Source of the DNA: a virus
Lineage: Duplodnaviria; Caudoviricetes
Strand: one strand, 5' to 3'
IMG/VR virus record: IMGVR_UViG_3300008448_000114
Span: 1-53,958 of that record
DNA: 53,958 nt
This document shows, piece by piece, positions 1-10,900 of this stretch (within the stretch, counting starts at the first letter, position 1; each line of letters opens with the position of its first letter). A program made the position numbers and the translations under genes. Below the pieces are notes generated by a model, which did no database searches, had not been told where the DNA came from, and saw only the letters and a list, made by a program, of their open reading frames with translations.

Positions 1-735
1 TGTTGTAGCAGTGACAGTAATAAGGTTTGTAGCACCTGCTGATAGAGATGCTGAAGTGGATGTACAAGTTACAGTTACACCTGCTGTGTTGAAGTTGAAA
101 GAACCTCCTGCTGCAAGTGCTGCTGTGCCTGGTTGGTAGAGTTCGAGTTCAGTGATAAGTATATTCCCAGCTCCTCCGTTTAATGTTATATTTATTCTAT
201 AATATCTATATGATGTTGTATTTCCTATAGAACCGCTTGAATAAGAACTACCTACCCCTATAGCAGATGGGAGTGTTACAGTATGAAGCGTTGTCCAAGT
301 AGTATTATTAGCACTTCCTTCTAATGTCCAGTTTCGGGGATTTTGAGTTTGATTATTAGAGCCAAATATTGTATAAGCGTCTATTATAACACTTGCTCCA
401 AAATCCATAGATAGCCATGCAGGTGTTGTTGTTGAAGCCCAAAAATTACTTGAAGATGCATAATTTCTATCAAAAGCATTCCAAGGAGATGCGCCTGTAC
501 TCGCAGCAGCAACATACGGACTTGGAGCATTATTAGCTGTCATAGCAGGTGTAGCAATATCCCTTGCTCTTGCAGTGTTATTCATGCTAATATAAGTAGC
601 ATCAGCCACCATATTAACATTAAAGCCATTAGTAAATACAGAGTCAGCAGATGTAGGTAAGCCTAATGTTGCCCCATCATTCCATGTACTCACGTTGTTA
701 TTATCTCCCGATGCTATTGCCCATCTAACTGCCAT
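1..735 (-). CDS. Tail fibre / receptor-binding protein with discoidin (F5/8 type C)-like domain, 3' end outside window
   Basis: Hand translation from ATG at 735 gives MAVRWAIASG...PWNAFDRN...WLSMDFG...NPRNWTLEGS...YRYYRINIT...ITELELY, open to the window edge. The start overlaps the stop of the upstream gene. Confidence 0.7.
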   Translation of the reverse strand, partial: MAVRWAIASGDNNNVSTWNDGATLGLPTSADSVFTNGFNVNMVADATYISMNNTARARDIATPAMTANNAPSPYVAAASTGASPWNAFDRNYASSSNFWASTTTPAWLSMDFGASVIIDAYTIFGSNNQTQNPRNWTLEGSANNTTWTTLHTVTLPSAIGVGSSYSSGSIGNTTSYRYYRINITLNGGAGNILITELELYQPGTAALAAGGSFNFNTAGVTVTCTSTSASLSAGATNLITVTATT

Positions 736-1037
736 TAGCTATATGTATGAGTTAAATAATTTGTCCAATCTACACCCCCAGCAGGCTGTGCTGTTGCTGT
801 TGCACTAACACTACCATCTGCTGCTATTGTAAGCCTTGTAATAGTCCACACCGTAGCAGCCTCACTACTTCCTACAAGAGCAACACCACAGTATAAATAC
901 ACACCACTCGCAGCAAACCTCCTTATTGTATTGTAAGGATTGTAAGCATCCCAAGCATAACCATTCCACTTCCAAGATGTTCCTGAAGAAGTGTACACCT
1001 GATTAAGCGTTGGACTGGATGGAAAATCTAATGCCAT
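735..1037 (-). CDS. Small tail-fibre-associated protein
   Basis: MALDFPSSPTLNQVYT..SWKWNGYAW resembles aquatic-phage fibre N-termini. Translationally coupled to both neighbours. Confidence 0.65.
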   Translation of the reverse strand: MALDFPSSPTLNQVYTSSGTSWKWNGYAWDAYNPYNTIRRFAASGVYLYCGVALVGSSEAATVWTITRLTIAADGSVSATATAQPAGGVDWTNYLTHTYS

Positions 1038-1579
1038 TAAATATCTATTTGATAAGCGTTAATGAATATATCATCCACCTCACTATCTGTTAATCCTAAC
1101 ACCGCCTGAATCATACTCACTGTAGGACTTGTTCTTTCGATGTTATTAGAATAATCCCAAGCGTATTGAGCCTTAATCTTAAACTCCTGTTCTGCTTGTG
1201 TGCTGTCAGGAAGAGCATTAATAGCTGCTGTAACATTAGCCTCAAGTCCTTGAATAGCTAACTGCGCTCTCAGCTGCCACCTTGTAACCCTAACAGGAAC
1301 ACCATCCACAACATCCTGAACAAGAGGGAAAACAAGCTTACTCTTTGCATAGTTGTCTATGTTTAGGGAGAGGAGGACATTTAATAGATGCAGTCTTTCA
1401 TCCTCAATAAGAGCTGTTTCTCCTGTTGTTTCAAGGTCTGATGCTATCCTTGCTTCGAGCAAAGGTTTGTCAGATGACACTCTTGAATAGAGAATATCGC
1501 TGATGTATTTAGCAGCCTTCTCTGTTGTCAGATAGGGTTTGCTGTCTTTCTCAATGTAAAAGTCAAAGTTGTATGTCAT
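1037..1579 (-). CDS. Putative tail fibre assembly protein
   Basis: C-terminus VTRWQLRAQL...WDYS..IERTSP....LGLTDSEVDDIF resembles small proteins found next to fibre genes. Confidence 0.5.
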   Translation of the reverse strand: MTYNFDFYIEKDSKPYLTTEKAAKYISDILYSRVSSDKPLLEARIASDLETTGETALIEDERLHLLNVLLSLNIDNYAKSKLVFPLVQDVVDGVPVRVTRWQLRAQLAIQGLEANVTAAINALPDSTQAEQEFKIKAQYAWDYSNNIERTSPTVSMIQAVLGLTDSEVDDIFINAYQIDI

Positions 1580-1580
1580 G

Positions 1581-2522
1581 TTAATAAATTCTATAGTAGT
1601 TATTTATGTTTTTTTCAATGCTTGTTCGTTTTAATGACTGGTCAGAACCATAAATGATAAGTTCAGCTATACGGCCATTCAATTGATAACTTCCTGCAAT
1701 AGGAGAAGGATTCCCTCTTAAATTACCTATCGCTAAACCATTCAATCCATTAGTTCCTGCATTACCACTTGCATAAGATTGGCCATTAATATGTATAGAT
1801 GAAGATGCACCATTATGCAAAGTAGAAAATAAATTAGGATTTGTATTGCCAGATGTTGTACCATATAATGCAGTACCTGTGCCAATACCCCATCTATTGT
1901 TTGGAAGTTCATTTGTTCCAGAGTAAAGCAATATTGATTCAGTATTATTATATGAATCATAATAAACTCCTGCAAGTGCAGTTGTTACGTTATCTTTTCT
2001 ACCGTATGTAAATGCGCTTATAGGTTGTGATATAGTTGTAAAATTAGATATTAACCTCCAATTTAATTGATTAAAAATAATCGCTTTTTCAGCTGTAGCA
2101 GTTGCATCAATCGTAGCAAATTCAAAATTCAACGCCATTAATAAAGGCTGACTTGCCGCAGTTGATTGAGTTGCATTCCTCCCGTTCCCAGATTGGTCAT
2201 ACCATGTTACAACAAAAGCCCCAGCACCACTACCAGTAAATCTTTCAACTTCATTTGTATCTACATAATTATTAACAAATCCAATATCAGTTTCTGCATT
2301 ATCTGAACTACGTCTAATTCTTATGCAACTGCCATTATAAGATGTTCTTAACTTACGTAAAGAATAAGCAGCAGCAGCTCCTGGGAATAAATCCAATATT
2401 AACGGATTCAATCTTTTAGTTTCATTTGAAACAGCACCATTACCCACACCACTATTAACACCGTTATACACACCGTTAACAGTACCTAATTCTAATCCAC
2501 TATATAGTCCGTTTGCATTCAT
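1581..2522 (-). CDS. Virion protein with concanavalin/LamG-like (arabinofuranosidase-B-like) beta-sandwich
   Basis: Motifs AAAAYSLRKL..Y.G..IRIRRSSDN.E.DIGF, VVTWYDQSGNG and GRIAELIIY. Confidence 0.65.
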   Translation of the reverse strand: MNANGLYSGLELGTVNGVYNGVNSGVGNGAVSNETKRLNPLILDLFPGAAAAYSLRKLRTSYNGSCIRIRRSSDNAETDIGFVNNYVDTNEVERFTGSGAGAFVVTWYDQSGNGRNATQSTAASQPLLMALNFEFATIDATATAEKAIIFNQLNWRLISNFTTISQPISAFTYGRKDNVTTALAGVYYDSYNNTESILLYSGTNELPNNRWGIGTGTALYGTTSGNTNPNLFSTLHNGASSSIHINGQSYASGNAGTNGLNGLAIGNLRGNPSPIAGSYQLNGRIAELIIYGSDQSLKRTSIEKNINNYYRIY

Positions 2523-2980
2523 TATGGAGCTAAATAATCTAATGCCATTGCCTGAATAAAGCAGGAAGTAGATGCTGACAAGTTTGCTAATGTTGTCGCT
2601 CTAAGCACATCCCCTGCCAACAAAGGTATGTACTGCCTTCCTGTATTATCCAAAGGAAGTCCTGGAATATTCGTGCCATTCAAGAAATCCACCGCAAACC
2701 TCGCAGCAAACGTGTTACCACTTGAAACAGGTACGTTCACAAGACCCAAAGGAACTACCGTACTACCACCTCTTAAAATGTAAAGAAACACGTTCACAGT
2801 AACTGTATCATTGGTAGTGGCTGTAAGAGCAATAACCCTTGTGCCATACGTTCCTGCTGTCTCTATTGTTGTTCCGTTAGTATTGCTGCCAAGCGTACCT
2901 ATTGTTGTGCCTGTAAGCACCGCAAAACCTGCTGCCGGCTGATTTGCCACTCTAACTAATGAACCTGAAGGTAAAGCCAT
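2522..2980 (-). CDS. Hypothetical virion structural protein
   Basis: 152-aa beta-rich ORF coupled to its neighbours in the fibre module. Confidence 0.6.
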   Translation of the reverse strand: MALPSGSLVRVANQPAAGFAVLTGTTIGTLGSNTNGTTIETAGTYGTRVIALTATTNDTVTVNVFLYILRGGSTVVPLGLVNVPVSSGNTFAARFAVDFLNGTNIPGLPLDNTGRQYIPLLAGDVLRATTLANLSASTSCFIQAMALDYLAP

Positions 2981-2984
2981 AATA

Positions 2985-4589
2985 TTAAAAATTAAATAGT
3001 ATTCTTTGATTAACCATTATCGCATAATCCACATCATCCGCAAAGCTATCCAAATTAGTTTTAACTAAGTTATTTGTAGGATATTTTGTTGACGAATTGT
3101 CTAATGTTACATTCTCCTTATTAGCCACATTCTCAGGTGTGAATCCAAGTTCTGTAACTACCGTTGTAGCACTTATAGTACTACCATTACCTTTCAGAAG
3201 TCCTGTAAAGGTAGTAGCAGTTGAGCCATTAACCACATTCGTACCGTTAGCACCTTGTGGACCTTGTGGCCCTAATGGCAATGTCTCCTGAGTCCATTGA
3301 TACGTGTTACCATCGTAGTAGTACGTGTACTGAATCCCGGTGTCAGAATGAAACCACAAAGAGCCAATGGGTATGCTACTCGTTCCTGTTCCTGTCGGAG
3401 TAGTATTCTGATTGTAAGTTCTCGGAGGGGTATATCCTAAAATAGTAGTAACGCTACGAGGCTTCCAAAGATTCGGACTACCCGTAACATAAGTCAATAC
3501 ATCATTATTTACGGGAGCAGTAGATATAAGGTCTATGTCGTGAATCTCATCGAGCTCATAACCGTTTTGGCATCTAACAAATATCTGCCCGTTTCCTGCG
3601 TTTGCTCGCTCTACTATGCCAACGTACACAAGATGATTCGGGGCATAAGGCTTAACCTTTGTGTAAGTTCCCGGAGTTGAGCCAAGATAAAGCGTATCTC
3701 CTGCATTATAAGCGCCTAAGTTAAGATTCTGTATAACACCTTGAGTGATAATAAAACCTGTTCCGTTAGGGGCTATTGAAGAACTGTACACAAGACCTAT
3801 CGTCTTTGCAGATGTAGGGTCTCCTAAGTTACTGGCTAACTTAACAGACATCCTATCCCCTGCTGCACCAAAAGCATAAACTACCTGACCTTTAGTTATT
3901 GTCACAGAATCATCATTCGTAACAAAGGCAAACATCTGATTAGGAGCAATACCTAATACCTGAAAGTTTGTCCCGTCGTAGATGATAATCATCTCCTGAC
4001 CAGCCTGAATATCTCCACCAACCAAAGTTGACGACACGTTCTTTACAAGCGTCTTAGCACCTAACCCATTTATGTTAATAGTACAAGCACCTGTGTTAGC
4101 ATTTACAAACTTTATAACATAGGTATCATTGGTAACATATCCTGTTACATTTGCTATTGTTGTAGTATATGTATCTGTTCCTGATGTAATACCAGATGCT
4201 AGACCAACAGATGTAGAGCTTAAAGTTCCGGCAGTAAGAGAAAGCCCAGTACCTATTGACAGCTCCTCTATGTCGCCAACCCCGGCAGTACTTCTACCCA
4301 ACAACTTGTTGGTATTCATTTGAGCCTCTTGAACCGTAGTTCCATTACCTGCAAGGATTCCCGTAATATTAGTTGACGTAGATGTAGAAACCGTATTAGG
4401 GCCAGCAGCGCCAGCAGGTCCAGTAGGTCCAGGGATGCCTTGAGAAGCAGCGATACTTACATTTGTAACATCGCTATCTACGATGACATTCATCTGTACC
4501 TTAGAGCCACCTGATATGATTACTTCAGCTGGCTCTTTTGAGCTTACTTCTATGAGCGGTTGTTGTCCTATGATTTCTACAAATGCCAT
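2985..4589 (-). CDS. Tail fibre protein with short collagen-like repeats
   Basis: GPTGPAGAAGP and GPQGPQG triplets, G/T/S-rich beta segments, TPENVANK motif. Confidence 0.75.
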   Translation of the reverse strand: MAFVEIIGQQPLIEVSSKEPAEVIISGGSKVQMNVIVDSDVTNVSIAASQGIPGPTGPAGAAGPNTVSTSTSTNITGILAGNGTTVQEAQMNTNKLLGRSTAGVGDIEELSIGTGLSLTAGTLSSTSVGLASGITSGTDTYTTTIANVTGYVTNDTYVIKFVNANTGACTININGLGAKTLVKNVSSTLVGGDIQAGQEMIIIYDGTNFQVLGIAPNQMFAFVTNDDSVTITKGQVVYAFGAAGDRMSVKLASNLGDPTSAKTIGLVYSSSIAPNGTGFIITQGVIQNLNLGAYNAGDTLYLGSTPGTYTKVKPYAPNHLVYVGIVERANAGNGQIFVRCQNGYELDEIHDIDLISTAPVNNDVLTYVTGSPNLWKPRSVTTILGYTPPRTYNQNTTPTGTGTSSIPIGSLWFHSDTGIQYTYYYDGNTYQWTQETLPLGPQGPQGANGTNVVNGSTATTFTGLLKGNGSTISATTVVTELGFTPENVANKENVTLDNSSTKYPTNNLVKTNLDSFADDVDYAIMVNQRILFNF

Positions 4590-4975
4590 TAAGGTATAGT
4601 TATTTCTTTTTGTACTTTAAACTTGCCTCCAATCAGCGTCTTTCTAAGGCCGCTTGCAAAAGTGCATTGCAGGTCGTAGAAGTACGTATCAATGGTAAAC
4701 GTAGGAGAGCTTGGAATATAATTAAATGTAACAATATTTGAAGATACAGTAAATCCTGCCCCTGGTTGTAATGTGGCGATAAGAGCATCCGCTTCGTTTC
4801 TAATGTGCATAAGTAGCGTAGCTCCTGTAAAGTTAAGAGGCTTTTGGTCAGCATCTTTAAATGTTACAACAGCATCAAAAGTATCTCCTTTCAGTACCGT
4901 AAAGTTTACGTCTGCCTTTATTACGTTAGAAACCTCTGTTGGTTTAGTCGTTGTAGTATCGTTGCAATTTGACAT
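4589..4975 (-). CDS. Ig-like / BppU-N-like structural protein
   Basis: Pattern KGDTF...PLNFTGAT..MHIR...YFYDLQ....KTLIGGKFKV. Confidence 0.55.
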   Translation of the reverse strand: MSNCNDTTTTKPTEVSNVIKADVNFTVLKGDTFDAVVTFKDADQKPLNFTGATLLMHIRNEADALIATLQPGAGFTVSSNIVTFNYIPSSPTFTIDTYFYDLQCTFASGLRKTLIGGKFKVQKEITIP

Positions 4976-4979
4976 ATTA

Positions 4980-6791
4980 TTAGTTTAATTTAACCCATGT
5001 TGAGCCATCATATCCCCACCAACCCTTTGATGTTATTGTAGCTCCGCTTCCATCTGTAGAGTATATCATCAACCCCTCTGCCGGACTTCCAATCAACTCT
5101 GCCTGAGCACCTGTCATTCTCGGCGGAAGAAACCCTTTTGTTGTAGATGATATATTTACTATAGCAGATGAGTTATCCGTAGGTGTACCTACCAAAAGAT
5201 TACCATTTGGTGTAACTCTTGCTCTTTCTGTTAGAGTTTGTAATGTAGTTCCTGCTGTAGTGGTATCCGATGTTCTGAATATAACCGAACCACCTAGCCC
5301 CTGACCAGTACCCCTACCTGCATTGATAGTAAAATTACTACCTATCGTATCGACAGCAGTAGGATACCCAGAAGGAGCAAAAAAGCTTATATTGCTAAGG
5401 TCTGGTTTGCGAACTCTATTTCCGCCTCCAAAATAATAATCCTTTACATATCCATTGCTAAAATTTCCTCCACCAATAAAAGCGTATTGAGTAGTAAGTC
5501 CTAATAGTGCAGTGTCGGCTTTATTACTCTCATGGCCTCCTGCTATGAGTTGTATGGAACGAGATGTGTTAGAAGGAAGATTTCCCCATCCGTCACTTGA
5601 GCCTATCATTGTATTGAAAGAAGAAGTAATACTCGTTCCTGTATTATTCCCAACAAAAGTATTCCCATTTCCTGAAATTAAGTTATTGCCAGTTCCTCTT
5701 CCTATTAATACGTTTTCAAAACCAGTAAGGTTTGAAAAAATTGCAGTAGGGTTAATAATAACATTTCTTGCCCCTAAGTTAGAAGGCAAACTCAAAGCAT
5801 TTCCAGCCCAAACAAGGCTACCATCGCCGCTATTTTGATTGATTATAACAGCTGCATTTGAAGGACTTGACGGAGCTAATCTTAATATGCCATTAACCCT
5901 TGTATTACCATTCACATTAAATACATTAGCGCTGTCAGGAGTTCCACCTATGCTTACCCTTCCGTTTGAAAAGAACCTTGTAGTATCACTACCTCCGATT
6001 ATATTCAATCTCCTACTTGACAGATTAATATTAGTATTCTCTGTTAAAGAGCCCCCTAATTTAATAGTCTTATCAGTTGCCGTAAGTCCATTGGTCGCTA
6101 CTGAAATACCAATGCTGTCCTTTATAGACAGCGTAGTATCTGATGTAGAGAAGAATATGCTATCCACCCCGGGTCTTCTGAATATGGCTTCTATGCCATT
6201 TCCAGATATGGTAGGAAGGCTATCAAATGGAGGGTAATATACAAACCCAATCTTGATTCTATTATCACTTACGCTTGGACTAACCGGGTTTAATGCTTCT
6301 GTCCCAGGTATAACCACCGGACCGGATGCTTCTAAAGCAATAATATCTATCCTTCCGTTAGCGTTAGGCGTTTTAGTAACTCCAAGCAATAGCGATAGTA
6401 CCGAGCTGTAATATTGGCCTTTGATGTAATAGGTAGAGGCCTCTACGGTGAATCTATTTAGAGTAGCACTTCTTGTAAAGCCGCCACCTGTAATAACTTG
6501 AGTGAATTTATTCTCGGCAGCACCACCTATCCTCTGCCATCTTTTCCCTGTATAGTGCCACACCGTAGTGTCGTTAGCTTTAGTTACATGCACGATATAA
6601 CCCTTTTCTGGCCACGGAGTACCCGTGAGGGGGGCAGCAGGAGTATCTATCATAACAGGGATTGATAACCACTGCTCTGCAAGTACTCTTTTGGATGAGA
6701 TGCCTTGAGGACCACCAAGTACCATAGGAGGAACCTGAGCCGTAGCAAACACACATAAAAAGACCAATAAGAACGATAAAACAAACTTCAT
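4980..6791 (-). CDS. Fibre-like protein with N-terminal signal peptide
   Basis: Signal-like N-terminus MKFVLSFLLVFLCVFATAQ, GxN repeats, C-terminal KGFLPPRMT...GLMIY...GWWGYDGSTW motif. Confidence 0.65.
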   Translation of the reverse strand: MKFVLSFLLVFLCVFATAQVPPMVLGGPQGISSKRVLAEQWLSIPVMIDTPAAPLTGTPWPEKGYIVHVTKANDTTVWHYTGKRWQRIGGAAENKFTQVITGGGFTRSATLNRFTVEASTYYIKGQYYSSVLSLLLGVTKTPNANGRIDIIALEASGPVVIPGTEALNPVSPSVSDNRIKIGFVYYPPFDSLPTISGNGIEAIFRRPGVDSIFFSTSDTTLSIKDSIGISVATNGLTATDKTIKLGGSLTENTNINLSSRRLNIIGGSDTTRFFSNGRVSIGGTPDSANVFNVNGNTRVNGILRLAPSSPSNAAVIINQNSGDGSLVWAGNALSLPSNLGARNVIINPTAIFSNLTGFENVLIGRGTGNNLISGNGNTFVGNNTGTSITSSFNTMIGSSDGWGNLPSNTSRSIQLIAGGHESNKADTALLGLTTQYAFIGGGNFSNGYVKDYYFGGGNRVRKPDLSNISFFAPSGYPTAVDTIGSNFTINAGRGTGQGLGGSVIFRTSDTTTAGTTLQTLTERARVTPNGNLLVGTPTDNSSAIVNISSTTKGFLPPRMTGAQAELIGSPAEGLMIYSTDGSGATITSKGWWGYDGSTWVKLN

Positions 6792-6792
6792 A

Positions 6793-7362
6793 TTAATAGA
6801 ATTGTATTACAAACTCATCACCAGCAACAACAGCATCTCCTACTCCTGTAAGGAAGATAGAGTTACCGCTTCTATACCAATCGTAGAAATTTATGCTGTT
6901 TCTAACTACCCTGTATCTAAACGCAGTAACCATACGAGCATCCGTAAATGATGTTACTCCGGCAGTGATGTCAACACCACCAACAAGCGTAATATCATCA
7001 GGAGGAGTGCTTCCGCTTCCTGGAGTACTTGGAACAACAGGAACACCTAAATAATCTGTATTAAGTCCTACATATACATTACTTCCGGTATTGTACATAG
7101 GCACTTGCTTGCCAAAGTCGTACAGAGACAGCCTACTAACGAGAAGCGATACTACCGCAGCTAAATTAGTAGCTGTTACGCTATTCGATGTATATACAAA
7201 AGAAACGGCCTTTTTGAGGCAGTATATCAAGACCTTCTCATCCTCGTATGAGCTATCCTCCTCAAAGAAGCGCTCATCGGTGGATTTAGTTCCGAGCTTG
7301 TAGAGGGTTTTGTTAGCCCTGCTAATCCATAACTCTATTTCGGTTTGACTATACTTGGGCAT
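6793..7362 (-). CDS. Hypothetical structural protein
   Basis: 189-aa ORF coupled to its neighbours. Confidence 0.6.
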   Translation of the reverse strand: MPKYSQTEIELWISRANKTLYKLGTKSTDERFFEEDSSYEDEKVLIYCLKKAVSFVYTSNSVTATNLAAVVSLLVSRLSLYDFGKQVPMYNTGSNVYVGLNTDYLGVPVVPSTPGSGSTPPDDITLVGGVDITAGVTSFTDARMVTAFRYRVVRNSINFYDWYRSGNSIFLTGVGDAVVAGDEFVIQFY

Positions 7363-7874
7363 TATAATCCGTCGTTATCGGTGATGAATTTGATTCTGTC
7401 AATAGCGTTCTGGGCATTCAGCACATCGGTATCTACTGCTGCGTTATTAGCCGCTTCTATATCCAAAAGTATCCTCATGCTATCCTTTAAGTATTCTGTA
7501 CTTACAAGGAGAGATGGCTCGATGACCATTTTATTCTGACGCTCGAAGAAAGCCACCTTAGAGTAGCAGGTTAGTGCTACCACCTTGCTGGCAGTATATA
7601 CGCTTCCTACTACCACCGAAGCAGGAGTAATCTCCATATTTACCTTAAATCCATAATCTTGGTCTATGCCGGTGATGGTAATTACATCAGTAGGATAGGT
7701 GGCGTATGAGAAATCTACTGTTTTATACAGCGTTCCGTCTGCTTTATACATGTATAAGTAACGGCTTGTCATAGCCGCCTTTGTTTCGGGAGCTGAATAG
7801 TTGGTAGTATCTGTTACCTGAAAGGTAGTACAGTCCGAACTTTGGGATGCTGTAAATGACGCTGTTATTGGCAT
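7362..7874 (-). CDS. Hypothetical structural protein (tail hub candidate)
   Basis: Start moved to ATG 7874 (MPITASF), downstream of a TATTTTTG promoter box at 7897-7890. Confidence 0.6.
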   Translation of the reverse strand: MPITASFTASQSSDCTTFQVTDTTNYSAPETKAAMTSRYLYMYKADGTLYKTVDFSYATYPTDVITITGIDQDYGFKVNMEITPASVVVGSVYTASKVVALTCYSKVAFFERQNKMVIEPSLLVSTEYLKDSMRILLDIEAANNAAVDTDVLNAQNAIDRIKFITDNDGL

Positions 7875-7900
7875 CTTATATCTTTTTAACAAAAATAGTT

Positions 7901-7957
7901 AATAGCCTCCATAAAAAGAGGCTATTTATATAAACACTTTCTATTACTGACCCATGT
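7901..7957 (-). ncRNA. Cassette A: 3'-UTR hairpin RNA of the giant gene
   Basis: Minus strand AATAGCCTC-TTTTTATG-GAGGCTATT, preceded by an arm complementary to cassette D. Confidence 0.4.
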
Positions 7958-10900
7958 TTACCTTCCTCCACCACCTCTACCGCTACCACCTCTTCCTCTT
8001 CCGCTTCCGCCACCTCTTCCACTACCTCCGCGGCTTCCTTTTTTACCTCCACTTTCTCCAGGCTCAAAAAACATCGTAAATCCTCTGCGCGTTTTCTTTT
8101 CTTGTTTTCTTTCTTCTTGAACAACCTCAGGCCTTTGCTCTTTAAGTATTTTAGTTCCAATATTTCTTAGGTCTCCACTCACCATATTTAAGAAAAACCC
8201 GAATTTCCCACCTATCATCATATTGGCAAATATGTACCCGTAAGCAGTAAGCCCTGCTGCAATAGCCGTCTCTTTGCTGTCAACTTTAGTGTCTTCACCT
8301 GATGCAGCATAGTATCTGCGTATATCGTTAACTGTTGTAGATAACCCGTGAATTGCAGATATTCCCGAGAACGAATTAACCAAATCTTCCCATCCCTTTG
8401 TTGGCTCTTCAGCACTATAGAAAGCTCTTATTGCCTCGTCATACGTCTTGCCTCCATAAATCTCAATAGGTCTTACGTTGTACATATTAAACCAAGACGC
8501 TTCTTTCTGCCTCATCTGCATCATAGCCTTTTTCCTTTGACGCTTATCCATCGTCAATAACCTCTCAGTAGCACCTTCTTTGTACATGTAAAATGCTGCC
8601 ATCCCTAATGCTGTCCTCCAAAAGAAACTTGTTTGAGGGTCTATTGCTGTTGACGCTATGCCATTAATTATAACTTCATTTACAGCTTTACTTTTAGCTT
8701 TAAGACCAGTCTTTATTGTTTCAATATACTTGTCCCATCCCTCTTTCTTGTCAAGTTCTTTAATCTTGTTTTCAACTGCTTTTGGGTCGTCATCATCTCC
8801 TGCCGCAGCATATACCGCTGCTGCCGTGCTTAGATACAGCACACCCATGTAAGACCTGAAAATAGAATAGGTTATTGACGGAACTATACCCTCAAGGACA
8901 GCCCTTGTTAAGTACTCGGCTCTTTTACCTAAAGAAAGGCCGCTTCTAGTTGAGAAGGCAAGCTTTATGTATGAGTTATACAACTGATGCTGGGTAGTTG
9001 GATACCCTTGAAGAAACCCTGTTAGAATAGCTAAAGGGTTATCTTTTGCAAGAGATATTTTACGTTTATCAGTATCAAACATATTCCTGATTCCTCTACC
9101 TAAGAACGGAGCTAAAAGCTGTTTTCTAAGAGGCTGCCTTGTAAATGAAGGCAAGGAGAATTGTCTGTCAGTAAACGAATCGGCTACCGAAGAAGCTTGA
9201 AGTACAGCATCCATATTAGATGCTCTGTAAACGCCTCTCTCATCTTTAAACTTTTGATGGTCTAAATACTCGCCTGTTATACGCTTAAACGCTTCCTCAA
9301 ACCTTGACATCCACCCGTGTTTCTTAACAGCCATATCCTGCCATGACGCTACTCTTTGCTGTCTTTGTAATTCCTCAGGAGTTTTCTTAAATTCATACAG
9401 GAAGTTATCAGCATACAAAGACATTACCTTATAGACAGGAGAGCCTGTCAAGTTAGCTATCTCTACATAGTCGTCCCATTTGTACGTTCCTGTATCTGTA
9501 GTATATCTTGATTTTTTAGGAGAAAGAAGTTGCAATATCTGATTTCCAAACTTTTTATTTTCAAAACCTAATGCAGACGTAAGTTTTCCAATATTTGCAG
9601 GGAAGTCGGCAAACAGCTGTCTTGTTACAGATATAAGCCATACCCTTGCAGCAAACGACTGAGCAGAACTCATCAGCCTAAAAGTATATCCAAAGTCATC
9701 ATTTACTACCCTTTCATTATGTGACAGATTAGCCTTAAGTCTTTCTGTAAGATTTTTATCAACACCTTCAAGATACGCAGCAGAGAACTCATTAACATCC
9801 TTAGCTGTCTTTACATCGTTGATAGCATCACCAAGACCTTTTATCTGCTGAAGGAATGGCATTACCTCTACCATTAGATTCAATGCCTTCATATTATGAA
9901 GGAGGACTTTGTTTGCGTCAAGGTCTATCGTTCCAGTCTCTCCTGACCGTGATATGGTCTGCCCCTTATCAATACCAAGATTTGAGAACTGGCCATTTAG
10001 GTACGCCATAGGGTCTGTTACCTCTGTTACTGTCTTATCCCCGTAAACTCTTATTGGGAAATAGTTTTTAACAGAAGCTCCCATATTGCCTACTATAACC
10101 TGTGCAGCCTCAAATGTTTCTCTATTTTGATTGATATGCTCTCTCCATCCGGCTAATCCTTCTTTTTGCTTATCTGTAAGCAAGTCCATAAGCTTACCCT
10201 CTGTCAGGTCTTTAAGCGTAGTTGTGCCTCCATTCGTAAGGGCAGCATAAGCTATCGCATCCATAAACTTATTGTTGTTTCCTTCAAGAGATTTAAAGGA
10301 TACGCCACCCTTAGTGAAGTAATCGAACATCGTACCTTCCATGAACGTTACCCCTTTCTCTCCAGCCTTAACTTCAAATATGTTCCTCTGAAGAACTCTG
10401 TCAATAATCTGAGCAGGGTTATTTGAGATATGGTCTATCTGATGGGCAACAATAGCTGCCATCCTTACCGATATATCATTCAAGAATGAAGCAGCACGAC
10501 CTTCTCTTAATTTGTTCCTAAGACTCATTCCAAGTATTGAGCCGGACACATCGTATGTCTTCAGAACTTGACCTATCGCCTTTTTGATGGTTGCATGGTT
10601 GCTTTTATCAGAAAACGCAATCATTGCCGTTTGAAGCTGACCAAGTTTTGATTGAGTCTTAACCATAGCGGCATCAATAGATGCAGCCATAGGGCCAAAG
10701 ATTTCTCTTTCAAGGTATCCCATATTAAGGCGGTCAAATTCGTTATACAACTCGTAATCAAGTGCTGTTATCTTTAGAAGGTCTAAATTACGAGATATGG
10801 CATCAGCCGAAGGTGTTGCTCCCTCTACATCAGTAAACGTTCTTGCAAAGTTTCTGAAAGCATTTTGTACAAAACCTGTTAATCCTGTTGCTGTTATTTC

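Noticed and set aside
1-6791. Diversity-generating retroelement acting on fibre genes
   Set aside because: No reverse transcriptase or TR/VR repeat pair seen in the window.
7876-8160. 94-aa E/V-rich ORF overlapping the end of the giant gene
   Set aside because: Alternative-frame reading of the G/R repeat, with no typical leader.
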